Notes under the pieces: model-generated
The model's input: the letters and a program-made list of their open reading frames with translations, nothing else
The model's database searches: none
Told to the model about the DNA's origin: nothing
Shown: positions 45,143 through 54,691 of the stretch, piece after piece
How the letters are laid out: every line of letters starts with the position of its first letter
How positions within the stretch are numbered: position 1 is the first letter of the stretch
Program-made: the position numbers and the translations under genes
DNA from: Candidatus Iainarchaeum sp.
GTDB lineage: Archaea > Iainarchaeota > Iainarchaeia > Iainarchaeales > UBA10219
NCBI GenBank assembly: GCA_018304425.1
Contig: JAGVWE010000003.1
Coordinates: 32,001-96,000, forward strand
Direction: 5' to 3'
Length of the DNA: 64,000 bases

Positions 45143-47521
45143 ATGCTGTCGCACAAAACTGTCCTCGCACTGGCCTTGTTGGTCTTGCTCGCTTCGAGCG
45201 CACTGGCCCAGACCTACAACTATTATAACCAGCCCACGGTCATCCCCGGGCAGCAGACTTCCAGGATTTCGCAGGCCGACATCGAGAAGGCCTTGCGGGA
45301 AATAGCCCGTGTCTACGGCCAAGTCCAGGGCAGGTTCATTGCCGAACAGCAGACCGGCTACCAGCTTCCAACCGTTGCCCAGGGACAGCCTTCGCTGGCC
45401 GGGCAACTGCAGAAGTACCTGCCCCAACCCACTGCCGCTGCCCAAGGACAACAGGCCAACCCGTTCCTGACCTATGGCTTCCAGCAGGACGTGACTGACT
45501 TGTTCAGCCGGGACTTCGTCCGGCAGCAACAAGGCGAGAACCCCCTGTACTCGCTGCCCCAGTACAAGCAGGACCCCCAGGCCCAAGCCGCTTACCAGCA
45601 GGCGCAACTCCCCGATTACCGGGAAGTGCGGCTGGTGGAATTGCGGGAGCGCAGCGTGCTCCAGGGAAACATGGAGTTCTTTGACGTGGAAATCAGGAAC
45701 ACGAACTTCATGCCCCGGGCCTATGCCTTGCACGTTGAGAAAGAGGATGCTTCCCTGAAGACCTCGCTGTCGGAGAGCGCGTTTTCGCTGGCTCCAGGCG
45801 AGGCCCGGACCGTGAAGGCCATCGTGGAGCCCACCAAGGAGACCAAGCCGGGCGCCAAGGCGGTTTACGTCGTGGTTACGAGCAGCCCCACCACGAGCGC
45901 CCCTACTGGCACTGGTTTGGGGCAACCCAGCTATTATGGCCAGGAATACGATTATGGTGGGGCCTCGGCTCTGGCCTCGGCTGCGGCCTCGGCTTTGCCC
46001 GCGCCCGTGATGGGGTTGCAGCGGCTGGTCGTTTCATTGGAGGACTTCCAGAAACCCGTCAAGGCCGAAACCGTCGTGTTGAAAGTCAACCGCCAGGAGT
46101 ATGACGTGGGCGCGAAGGGCTTTGACGTCCAGGTCAGCCCGAACAAGGTGGGCGGTTCGGACAAGGTAGAGGTCAGCATCGCTGAAGACTTTTTCGTGGG
46201 CAGCCAGCCTGCCGTGGTGGAAGTCCTGTTCATGGATGCGTTCGACAACGCGTACTCGCTTTCCTTTGAGTTGGTGCCCTCCAAGTACGAGGTCCAGGCC
46301 CGCAACCTCGAGTTCAAGGCCCAGGTCTTCAAGGCTTTGCAGTATGGCCGCGAGTTGCGGAACGCTTACTTCCGCGCGAGGGCTTCGACCGGCAAGTACG
46401 TGAAGAACAACGCGTACCAGTTGCAGGGGCCCCGGGCGTTCGTGAAGCTGGAGGAAACCATTCCAGTGGGCTCGAAGAATAACTTCGAGTTTTATGCGGA
46501 AGACCAGTTTGGCACTTACTTCAAGACGGTGGGAAGCTTCACCATCCGGTTCCTCGTGGCTCCCCAAGGCATGGGCTTGCCCGAGCAGGGCTACCGGGAG
46601 TACGGCAACAAGCAGGAGTACCGGGAACCGCTGACCCTGAGTGTCGTGGAAAAGCCGGTCTTGGCGGACGTGCTGCAGATTACCGCTTATCCGGCTGAAA
46701 TTAGCCTTAAAGGCGGGGAAAGCCGGGCTTTTGAGGTCAGCGTCTTGAATGCGGGCACGGAGCCGGCCAGGGACCTGGACCTGGCTTTGAGGGGGCTGCC
46801 GCAGGGCGTTGAATTCACGGCGAGCCAGGTGGATGAACTGCCGGCCGGAAAGTCCGCTGTGTTCAAGGCCACGCTGGCCACTGGTCTGGACGTCGAAAAA
46901 TCGTTCAGCCTGGAACTCGAGGCAAACGGCCTGGGCTTGATTGCCGCAGGCAAGGCATTGACCCTGAAATTGGAGCCCAAGCCACGGGTGTCCGAGCAGA
47001 ACCTGGTCAGCGAAGTCGTTGAACGCGAGCTCTCAAAGACCACGGTGAAGAGCAAGGTCTCCGACGAACAAATCAAGGCCGAAGTCGAGAAGATGATTTC
47101 CGCCCTGCAGTCCGAGGGCTTGAAGAAGGAGTCCGCCGAAAAAATCAGGGAACTGATTCCGGTGGACTTCGCCGTGAAGGCGAACATCTTGAATGCCGAG
47201 GGTGAGAAGGTGGACGCGCTTTACGGGATCAAGAAGGGCAAGGACTTGTTTGTCACGCGCGTGTATGACGGCATCGTGAACTCGGAGGTCAACCTGGACT
47301 ACGATACCTTGAACCGGTTGGCCGTGGAGAACATGGTGGGTTCCTTTGGCCAGGCGGGCCTGGTGGGCTTTGGGGTCAGCGACCAGGGAGTCGCAGTGGG
47401 TTTGGTCATCCTGGTGATTGGCCTGGTCGCCGTCATTTTGCTGTTCCGGGAAAAGCACAGTTCCAACGAGAAGTTCCTCCGCAAGCGGAACTTCGCCGTG
47501 ATTAAGGCCAAAAACCATTAA
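45143..47521 (+). CDS. Surface protein: Gln/Tyr-rich N-terminus, Ig-like (NEW3-like) domains, C-terminal TM
   Basis: Signal ending ALA; FSLAPGEARTV; C-terminal hydrophobic helix plus basic tail. Confidence 0.85.
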   Translation: MLSHKTVLALALLVLLASSALAQTYNYYNQPTVIPGQQTSRISQADIEKALREIARVYGQVQGRFIAEQQTGYQLPTVAQGQPSLAGQLQKYLPQPTAAAQGQQANPFLTYGFQQDVTDLFSRDFVRQQQGENPLYSLPQYKQDPQAQAAYQQAQLPDYREVRLVELRERSVLQGNMEFFDVEIRNTNFMPRAYALHVEKEDASLKTSLSESAFSLAPGEARTVKAIVEPTKETKPGAKAVYVVVTSSPTTSAPTGTGLGQPSYYGQEYDYGGASALASAAASALPAPVMGLQRLVVSLEDFQKPVKAETVVLKVNRQEYDVGAKGFDVQVSPNKVGGSDKVEVSIAEDFFVGSQPAVVEVLFMDAFDNAYSLSFELVPSKYEVQARNLEFKAQVFKALQYGRELRNAYFRARASTGKYVKNNAYQLQGPRAFVKLEETIPVGSKNNFEFYAEDQFGTYFKTVGSFTIRFLVAPQGMGLPEQGYREYGNKQEYREPLTLSVVEKPVLADVLQITAYPAEISLKGGESRAFEVSVLNAGTEPARDLDLALRGLPQGVEFTASQVDELPAGKSAVFKATLATGLDVEKSFSLELEANGLGLIAAGKALTLKLEPKPRVSEQNLVSEVVERELSKTTVKSKVSDEQIKAEVEKMISALQSEGLKKESAEKIRELIPVDFAVKANILNAEGEKVDALYGIKKGKDLFVTRVYDGIVNSEVNLDYDTLNRLAVENMVGSFGQAGLVGFGVSDQGVAVGLVILVIGLVAVILLFREKHSSNEKFLRKRNFAVIKAKNH

Positions 47522-47583
47522 CCCCCTGGAAAGCCTTGATAAGGCCTGGGAGGCTTATTCTAGCCTCAATTGCCGCCAGAGAT

Positions 47584-47638
47584 AGGTTTAAATACTACCT
47601 CGGCAGCATGGTATATGTAGCTTGTTCACATGAACAAG
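47584..47638 (+). promoter_or_regulatory. Promoter copy 2 plus inverted repeat
   Basis: AGGTTTAAATAC-N7-GCAGCATGGTATATGTAG followed by CTTGTTCA-CA-TGAACAAG. Confidence 0.6.
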
Positions 47639-47657
47639 TTAATCAAGGTGGGTTTTG

Positions 47658-48191
47658 GTGAAAAACACGGCAATCTTCCTGGCACTCTTGTTGGTGGTTA
47701 CAACCATCCGGGCAGAAGTCCTTGAACTGCCTGCCGAAGTCCAGTTTAGCGGACAGCCGGTCGAACTCTCTTTTAAGGTACGCAATGAGGCCTTCCAGGC
47801 CCTGCCGGTGCAGGTCGACGTCCAAGTCGTTTCCTTCAAGGTCCTGCGCAAGCCCGACCTCGTCCAACCCGGGGAAGTCCAGGAAATCCGGCTGCAGCTT
47901 CAACCCAGGAACGACCTCCTCGGCTCAACCTACCAGTCCACTATCACGGTCAAGATGGGGGCCCAGGAAACCCGGAAAGAAGTCAAATTCGTTTTCGGGG
48001 AAGCCCCCAAGCAGGCCCCGAAGAAAAATGCCCTCCCTCCAGCCACTCCAAAGGCTCCCACCGCATTCGCGGTGCTGCCCCTGGCCTTCAACGAGTTCAT
48101 GATGAACCTGGGGCTCGCGTTGCTGGCGGCCATTCTCTTGATTTCGTTCATTGCAAGGCTTACCAAAAGATTCATGCAAAACAGGGGTTGA
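47658..48191 (+). CDS. Small Ig-like membrane-anchored surface protein
   Basis: Signal peptide, VQPGEVQEIRL, Pro/Lys linker, PTAFAVL, then TM. Confidence 0.8.
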   Translation: MKNTAIFLALLLVVTTIRAEVLELPAEVQFSGQPVELSFKVRNEAFQALPVQVDVQVVSFKVLRKPDLVQPGEVQEIRLQLQPRNDLLGSTYQSTITVKMGAQETRKEVKFVFGEAPKQAPKKNALPPATPKAPTAFAVLPLAFNEFMMNLGLALLAAILLISFIARLTKRFMQNRG

Positions 48192-48197
48192 AAAAAG

Positions 48198-49715
48198 ATG
48201 GACAAAGTCTTCCTCACGGGTTTGTTGATGGTCTTCCTGCTCGGATTGCCTGGTCTAGCCGGCGCCGTGACTTTCTCTGACCGGCTGCCAACAGGCGATA
48301 GCTCGAACGACCCCCTCCAAAAGATTGCCGTAACCCTTTCCGACCCGGACGGCATCAACAAGGACAAGGTTTACTTCGAAGTCGACGGCTTCAACTATGC
48401 CTTGAACGACCCCCGCATGAGCTATAACGAGGCCACGGGCCGCCTGGAATATACTCCCATCCGGGAGCGGGACGAACTCGACAAGGTGGACGTACTCGTT
48501 TCAGCCGAAGACACCCTGGGAGAAAAAGGCGAACTCCGGTTTTCCTTCACGATTAACTCCATCGGCCCGGCACCCATTGACTTCCTTTCCTTCGAAGCCG
48601 GCGTGCTCCGGTGGGCAAAGCCCTTGTCCCTGGACTCGGTGGCCAAGTACAAAGTCTACCGGGACACTTCCAGAATCAAGGACAACGGCAAGTCAGCCTA
48701 CTTCCTGGCCGAGGCTACGGGATTGAATTACACGGACTCCACAAGGGAAGAAGGAAAGAGATACTTCTACGCCGTTACGGCGGTGGACAACGCAGGCAGC
48801 GAAGGCCGGATTGCCTTGAACGTCTCCAGTGACGGACAGGTCTTCCCGGTCGGCCAGCCGGCTCCGGCTCCCCTGCCCCTGCCGTTCCCGGTTTACCCGG
48901 CACCCACTCCATTCCCTCCGACGGTGCCATACCCCGGCTTCGAAGGATTCGACCCTTACCCCCTGCCGAGCCCCAGCATCCCGTTCACGGGCCGCGTGGA
49001 CTTCGCTCCGAAGGGAGAAGTCATCCAACTCGAGCGCGGCGGCATTTCAAAGGCCGACTTCTCGGTCTCCAACGGTTTGCCCGTGGAAGTCACGGTCCGC
49101 TTCGAGATGAGTCAGGCCTCCATCGGCAACGGAACCGTTTTCATGTTCCAGCCCCAGAGCCAGCAGCTCCGCTACGGCAGGGGCTCCGGCTTCAAGCTCG
49201 CACCCGGCGAGACCACGTTTATCAGCCTGCCCGTAAAGGCCTCCGAACAGGCGTTGCCAGGCATTTACCTGCTGGGCATCGATTTAATCGCCTTGGACGA
49301 GGAAGGCCGCATGGTCTACTCGGACAGCTCCGGGGCGGAAGTGCAGGTATTCGCGCCCCTGCCCGAGCCTTTGGCTGCCGACCTGGTTCCCGCCAACTAT
49401 TACCAAGAGCTGGCACCGGTTGAAGACAACGGCCGCATCGAGGCCAGAATCGTCGAAGCGCCTCAGCCACTTATCCGCATCGCCGTGGAAGACGCCCAGG
49501 TTGCGCCCAAGCAAAAGGCAGCCGAGGCCGCAGCCGAGGCCAGAGCCGAGGCCCGTCAACCGCTGACCCAGGTCGCAGTCAAAGAGGCAGGCAATGCCCC
49601 TGCCGGGTTCTTCAACCTGGCCGCCATGACCACCCTGAACATGGCCCTCGGCTTCCTGGTGCTGGCCTTGTTGCTGGTGTACGGTTTAATCAGGCTTTCA
49701 GTGGAGAGGCGGTGA
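48198..49715 (+). CDS. Surface protein with Ig-like and fibronectin type III domains, C-terminal TM
   Basis: LRW..YKVYR..YTD..YFYAVTAVDNAGSEG (FN3), Pro-rich linker, KLAPGET, PAGFFNL, then TM. Confidence 0.85.
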   Translation: MDKVFLTGLLMVFLLGLPGLAGAVTFSDRLPTGDSSNDPLQKIAVTLSDPDGINKDKVYFEVDGFNYALNDPRMSYNEATGRLEYTPIRERDELDKVDVLVSAEDTLGEKGELRFSFTINSIGPAPIDFLSFEAGVLRWAKPLSLDSVAKYKVYRDTSRIKDNGKSAYFLAEATGLNYTDSTREEGKRYFYAVTAVDNAGSEGRIALNVSSDGQVFPVGQPAPAPLPLPFPVYPAPTPFPPTVPYPGFEGFDPYPLPSPSIPFTGRVDFAPKGEVIQLERGGISKADFSVSNGLPVEVTVRFEMSQASIGNGTVFMFQPQSQQLRYGRGSGFKLAPGETTFISLPVKASEQALPGIYLLGIDLIALDEEGRMVYSDSSGAEVQVFAPLPEPLAADLVPANYYQELAPVEDNGRIEARIVEAPQPLIRIAVEDAQVAPKQKAAEAAAEARAEARQPLTQVAVKEAGNAPAGFFNLAAMTTLNMALGFLVLALLLVYGLIRLSVERR

Positions 49716-49723
49716 AACAAGTC

Positions 49724-51544
49724 ATGAACACGAAAATCGTTTTAGCTGGACTGGTATTGCTGCTCGTGGCAGGCCTTGCCGCGTTCGCAAAAGCCGAACC
49801 CATGGTAATGGCAGGCCAGGCAAAAACCTTGACGGTGGAACTCACCAACACGAAGAGTGTGGCCGAGACCCTGGACTTGTCCATTGAAAACCAGAACACG
49901 GGCATCATCGCCGAAGTCGAGCAAAAAGCGCTGACGCTCAAGGCCGGCGAACGCCGGACCGTGAACGTGATAGTCAAGGCACTGCCGGACGCCAGGGAAG
50001 GAACCTATTCCATCCGCTTGGTCGGCAAAAAGATGGTAACAGTCCAGGCCCAGCCGCAACCCATGCAGCCAGTAACGGCTCCCGGAGCGGTTCCAGCCAT
50101 GAACCAGCCCATGATGCCCATTCCGCCTGTTTACGGCCAGGCACCCGCTTACAACCAGGCCCTCCCAGGGTTTTCACCCGGACAGCCTGGAAGGCCGGTG
50201 TTCTATCCAACCATTCCAGGCAGGCCCCCGCTCCTCGTCGACGAAGGCGAAATGGATGTGGATGGCGCCCTAGCCATCGAAGCACATCTCTCCAATGCCG
50301 TGGACCCCGACAGCGTGAGGCTGGGCGTTAGGAACGAACTCTTTGACGCGAGCCGCAGGGAACTCAACGTGAGAGGCATCCCCGGCGGCGCCATCGTGGA
50401 ATTCGCAGATGATTTTTTCGAGAAAAAGGAAATCGTGCCCGTGTTCCTTGCCCTCGGCGACAGCCGCGGCAACGAGTACCGGTTTTCCTATGCCTTCAGC
50501 CCAGTGACCCTTGCCGTGGAAGACCCGCGGCTCTCGGTCCGGATCAACGAACTGGATGACGTGGACCCGACCTCGGTGCGGTTCGACCTCCGCGCCAACG
50601 ACTTTGGCGGAACCTTCACCGCTGACGGGCCGGGCATTTCCCTGAACCCCGTGACCGGCGAGATCGTGGCCGACCTGCGCGGCGCGCCGCTGCGGCTCGG
50701 CAGCCGGATTCCCTTCAGCGTGTACGCGAAGGACCTGGTGGGAAAGGAGTTCCGGGTCTCGGGAGACTTCGTGCTTGACTTTGACGACCGGCTTGCCGCC
50801 GCAGGCCAGGCAGTGAACAGCGGTGACACGCTCAAGGACTTCGTGGACTCGGTGGACCGGCAAAAGTACCGGGACTACATCCTCTACCGGAGGAACGTGA
50901 CCGAACCCTACATCAACTCGAGGAACTACATTGACAGCGTGAACCGACAGATGGACATCGACGCGGTAAGATACGGCGGGCCCATCTACCCGGCCAGCGA
51001 ACCATTCCTGGTGCAGGACCGGGACCGCATCACGTACTTCCAGGACGCGGAAATGGATGGCAGCCCCTACGCGGACGCCATTCCATTCGGGCCCATGAAC
51101 CCCTTCCTGGGGGACAGCTTCCCGGCACCCGAAGCAGGCCAGTTCGAGCCCAGGGAAACCGTGCGCGAAGAAGTGGTCTTCGAGAAAGCACTTTCCTTCC
51201 GAGTAGTGAACGAACGGGCTTCCACGGCCGCTCCATCCACGCGAGTAGCCGGGAAACCAGCCAAGCCCAACGCGGCCCAGGCTTTTGCCTCGCCCGTGCG
51301 GGTCACGGAAGCAGGGACCTCACCGGTAGCCGGCTTTGTTTCCTTCAGCTCCGTTGCCGCCATCGGAACGATTGGCGCGGGCATCGTCGTGGTGCTCTTG
51401 CTGGCCTTCATCGTGGGCTCGCTGAGCCGGCCTACGGGCCAGCCAACGGTTCGACCGGCCAGAACCGGGAACCGTTTGCCCCGGAAAAGAACTGGAAACA
51501 TTTCACCGGCCATGCACGTCATCCTCAACTACCGAAGCGGATGA
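49724..51544 (+). CDS. Surface protein with Ig-like domains and Pro/Gln linker, C-terminal TM
   Basis: LTLKAGERRTV..PDAREGTYSI; VAGFVSF, TM and basic tail. Confidence 0.85.
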   Translation: MNTKIVLAGLVLLLVAGLAAFAKAEPMVMAGQAKTLTVELTNTKSVAETLDLSIENQNTGIIAEVEQKALTLKAGERRTVNVIVKALPDAREGTYSIRLVGKKMVTVQAQPQPMQPVTAPGAVPAMNQPMMPIPPVYGQAPAYNQALPGFSPGQPGRPVFYPTIPGRPPLLVDEGEMDVDGALAIEAHLSNAVDPDSVRLGVRNELFDASRRELNVRGIPGGAIVEFADDFFEKKEIVPVFLALGDSRGNEYRFSYAFSPVTLAVEDPRLSVRINELDDVDPTSVRFDLRANDFGGTFTADGPGISLNPVTGEIVADLRGAPLRLGSRIPFSVYAKDLVGKEFRVSGDFVLDFDDRLAAAGQAVNSGDTLKDFVDSVDRQKYRDYILYRRNVTEPYINSRNYIDSVNRQMDIDAVRYGGPIYPASEPFLVQDRDRITYFQDAEMDGSPYADAIPFGPMNPFLGDSFPAPEAGQFEPRETVREEVVFEKALSFRVVNERASTAAPSTRVAGKPAKPNAAQAFASPVRVTEAGTSPVAGFVSFSSVAAIGTIGAGIVVVLLLAFIVGSLSRPTGQPTVRPARTGNRLPRKRTGNISPAMHVILNYRSG

Positions 51545-51596
51545 CGTCCCCTATTTTTCTTTCAACCGCCCAGCCCGCGCTTGACCACCGGCACGT

Positions 51597-53456
51597 TCAA
51601 CGCTCCTTTCGAACCCAGGCCAGGGCAGTCAACAGCAGGGCATAGCCCCCTAACAAGCCCAGTAAAGGCGTGAGCGCGGCCAGGGAGAGGCCTTTCACCA
51701 TCAAGGCCAGCAGGACCTCTTTTGCTGCAGTCAAGGGCAGGAACCTGCTTATCGTGGCAATCCCGGCCGGCATGAACTCGAAGGGGAAAATCGTTCCGCT
51801 CAGGAACAGCATGGGAATCATGGCCAGCAACGAGCCAAGGATGGCCGTGGACAGGGTTTGCGTGAACTGGGCAATGAACAAGCCCAGCGCCGAAAAGGCG
51901 AGCGCGATGACGACCAGCACGGCCAACAACTCCAGGGGCTGCGCGTGCAGGGGCACGTTGAAGGCGAACACGGCCAAGCCCAGCACGATGCCGGCCTCCA
52001 CCAAGGCGAACGCGAGTTGGCCGAACAGTTTGCCCGCCAGCCAGGTTCCCCTCGAGACGCTGGACAAGGCCACGCGTTTGGAAATCCCGGCATTGCGTTC
52101 GAGCACGACCGACAACGCGGTCAAGAGGATGCAGGTCAAGAGCAGGACAATGGCCACCCCTACGGGGGTCACCACCGCCAGTTGGCTGGCCTGGAACGCC
52201 TCTTTTTCCGTGACCTCGACTGGCGTCACCAGGTACGCGGGCTGGTAGGCCTTGAAGCCGTGCACGTTTTCCAGCATGCCGTCCATCAAAGCGCGCGTTT
52301 TCTTGACGTCCTCGTTGAGTTCGGCCTGGGATTCCTTGGCCTCGAAAACGGTTGGCTTGCCTTCGGCGACCGTTTGCTCGAGCGAGGAAACGCTGTCCTC
52401 GAAGCCGCCCAGCGATTTCCTGGCGTCCTCGAGCCCGACCTCAGTGGCGTCAACGCCGGAAAGGGCTCCTTCGACGCGCGCGGCCGTGGAATCGATGTCC
52501 ACCAGGACGCTGCGCAAGTCCGTGGAAACCTTGTTCATGGAATTCACCTGCACGGCCAGGCTGTTCTGCATCTGCTGGAGCTGCGAGCGCAGGGGTTCCG
52601 CGGTGTAGGCCTGCATCTGGGCCAGGTTTTGCCGCATGCGGAGCAATTCGCTGGTCTGCGCGCCCGACGTGTTCTGGGCGTCGAAGACTTTTTTCTTGTA
52701 GCCGGTGAGCAGCGCGCGCGTGTCCTCCAGGCCGGAACGCGAGGACTCCAGGCGGGTCTTCGTGTCGCCATAGAACGAGTTGAAGGCGTCCAGGTCACCG
52801 GTTTCCTTTTCCAGGTCAATGGAATCGAATTGTTGGCTGAGCTTTTCCAGTTTTTCGCGGGTGCGCGCCAGGGTCTCGGAGAACGAGAGCAGCTTCTGGT
52901 TCTCGCTGTCCAAGTCGGCCTCGATTTTTCCCAGGTCGGACCAGATGTCGCCCAGGAGCTCGGTCGCCGTCTGGTAGGCCACGCCGCGCACGGCCGCACT
53001 GACCTGGGCGGCAACGGCTTTGCCGGCCACGACCGAGGAATTGTCGTACACGACTTCCACGGAAACCGGCTGGTTCTTGGCCGAGGGCCGCTGCACCAGG
53101 ATGGCCACCGTTTTTTGCCCGGAGGCGACGGCTTGCCGTGCCGCTTCCGGCGTGGAAACGAATTCGAGTTTCAACGCGTTCTGGTCCGAAATCTTTTCCA
53201 AAAAGCTTTCGCGGTCAAAGCCTTCCCCGGATTCAGGGAGGTAGAGGGCGGCCGAGACGCTTTCGATGGCCGGCTTTCCCAGGGCTTCCGCGTACGCCGT
53301 GCCCTGCCCAAAGGCGAGGGCCAGGGAGAGCATGACCAGCGCAGGGTAGACCAGCACCAGGGCCAGGGCAATCCGTTGCGCGCCGATGAGCTTGACTTCC
53401 TTGGAGGCGATGGCGCCCAGTTGGAGCAGGGGCTGGAAGGGGCTAGGGCTTGGCAC
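51597..53456 (-). CDS. ABC-2 type exporter permease with long extracellular coiled coil
   Basis: N-terminal TM, heptad-rich region of roughly 250 aa, then ER..G...R, LAGK and FLSGTIFP TM block. Confidence 0.88.
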   Translation of the reverse strand: MPSPSPFQPLLQLGAIASKEVKLIGAQRIALALVLVYPALVMLSLALAFGQGTAYAEALGKPAIESVSAALYLPESGEGFDRESFLEKISDQNALKLEFVSTPEAARQAVASGQKTVAILVQRPSAKNQPVSVEVVYDNSSVVAGKAVAAQVSAAVRGVAYQTATELLGDIWSDLGKIEADLDSENQKLLSFSETLARTREKLEKLSQQFDSIDLEKETGDLDAFNSFYGDTKTRLESSRSGLEDTRALLTGYKKKVFDAQNTSGAQTSELLRMRQNLAQMQAYTAEPLRSQLQQMQNSLAVQVNSMNKVSTDLRSVLVDIDSTAARVEGALSGVDATEVGLEDARKSLGGFEDSVSSLEQTVAEGKPTVFEAKESQAELNEDVKKTRALMDGMLENVHGFKAYQPAYLVTPVEVTEKEAFQASQLAVVTPVGVAIVLLLTCILLTALSVVLERNAGISKRVALSSVSRGTWLAGKLFGQLAFALVEAGIVLGLAVFAFNVPLHAQPLELLAVLVVIALAFSALGLFIAQFTQTLSTAILGSLLAMIPMLFLSGTIFPFEFMPAGIATISRFLPLTAAKEVLLALMVKGLSLAALTPLLGLLGGYALLLTALAWVRKER

Positions 53457-54435
53457 TGGCCTTCACCCCCGCAGGGGGCAGGTGCCTTTCCCCCGTCAAG
53501 TGGATGAACACGTCTTCGAGTTCGGGTTCCTTCAACTGCTGGCTCAACACCTTGATGCCCTTGCCTTCCACCAGGGAAACGATTTTGCCAGCGGCCTCAA
53601 CCTGATTCCTTTCAGGCAGGGAAACGAAGAGGAAGTGGTGCTTCCACTGGACGCCGGCCTTCGGGTAGAGTCGGTGGATGCCGGCCAGCAGCTCTTTTTC
53701 GCGTTCCAGGTCCGTGCCTTCCGCGGCGCGGAGGGCCAGGATTTTTTCCCCGCCAAAGCGCGCGATGAGTTCCTTGGGGCTGCCGTGGGCCAGGATTTCC
53801 CCGTGGAACAGGATGGCCAGCTCGTCGCACAGCTTCTGGGCTTCCTCCATGTAGTGGGTGGTCAAGACAATGGCTTTGCCCTGTTTTTTGAGTTCCACGA
53901 TTTTCTTCCAGAAGGTGTGCCGCACGTTGGGGTCCAAGGCAACCGTGGGCTCGTCGAAGAAAACGAGGTCGGGGTCGTGGACCAGCGAGCACGCGATGTT
54001 CAGCAGGCGGCGGTAACCGCCCGAGAGTCGCTCGGCGCGCGTTGCCGCAAAGGGCCTGAGTTCCAGCCACCCGAGGAGGGCGGACACGCGTTCATTCAAT
54101 GCCGCGCCGCCCAGGCCGTTGAGGCAGCCGAAGAAGCGGAGGTTTTCTTCCACGGAAAAGGAGGGGTAAAAGCATTCCTCCTGGGGCACGACTCCGAGGA
54201 ACGCGTGCAGGTCCTTGCCGTATTCCTTCAAATCGCGGCCGCGGATTTTCACGTGGCCGGCATCGCTGGGGTAGAGGCCGGAGAGGATGCCGAGCAGGGT
54301 GGACTTGCCCGCGCCGTTCGGGCCCAGGAGGCCGAAGACCTGGCCGTTTTCCACGGCAAAGGAAACCCCTTTCAACAAGGCCCGGCCCTGGAAGGACTTG
54401 CCAATGCCCTGTGCCTCTAACGCCGATTTCATCAT
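53443..54435 (-). CDS. ABC transporter ATP-binding protein
   Basis: GPNGAGKST, LSGG, FFDEPT and TTHYMEEA motifs. Confidence 0.96.
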   Translation of the reverse strand: MMKSALEAQGIGKSFQGRALLKGVSFAVENGQVFGLLGPNGAGKSTLLGILSGLYPSDAGHVKIRGRDLKEYGKDLHAFLGVVPQEECFYPSFSVEENLRFFGCLNGLGGAALNERVSALLGWLELRPFAATRAERLSGGYRRLLNIACSLVHDPDLVFFDEPTVALDPNVRHTFWKKIVELKKQGKAIVLTTHYMEEAQKLCDELAILFHGEILAHGSPKELIARFGGEKILALRAAEGTDLEREKELLAGIHRLYPKAGVQWKHHFLFVSLPERNQVEAAGKIVSLVEGKGIKVLSQQLKEPELEDVFIHLTGERHLPPAGVKASAKP

Positions 54436-54603
54436 AGAATTGGGGCCTATGGGGTTAAAATGCGTTTCCAAGGCGTTGGCTTTGCTCTTAAAGTCGCTTT
54501 CGCTCCTTAAGTCGGGGTCTGCTCAGGTAGCCCCCCTGTTCGAATTAAGGCCCAATCAAGGCCAATAGGAAATAATGCCTGTTTCAGCACAACTACTAAT
54601 TAC

Positions 54604-54679
54604 TACTAATTTAGTTAAAATTAGTAATATCGATAGGTTTTTATTACTAACATTTACTAATTTAGTTAAGATTAGTAAT
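54604..54679. repeat. Two 25-bp palindromic direct repeats upstream of fic (candidate operators)
   Basis: TACTAATTTAGTTAA(A/G)ATTAGTAAT at 54604-54628 and 54655-54679. Confidence 0.8.
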
Positions 54680-54691
54680 TGAGTTGTTCGT

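Noticed and set aside
54604-54679. Mini CRISPR array
   Set aside because: Only two copies, with a 26-nt spacer that itself contains repeat fragments, and no cas genes. It fits operators better.
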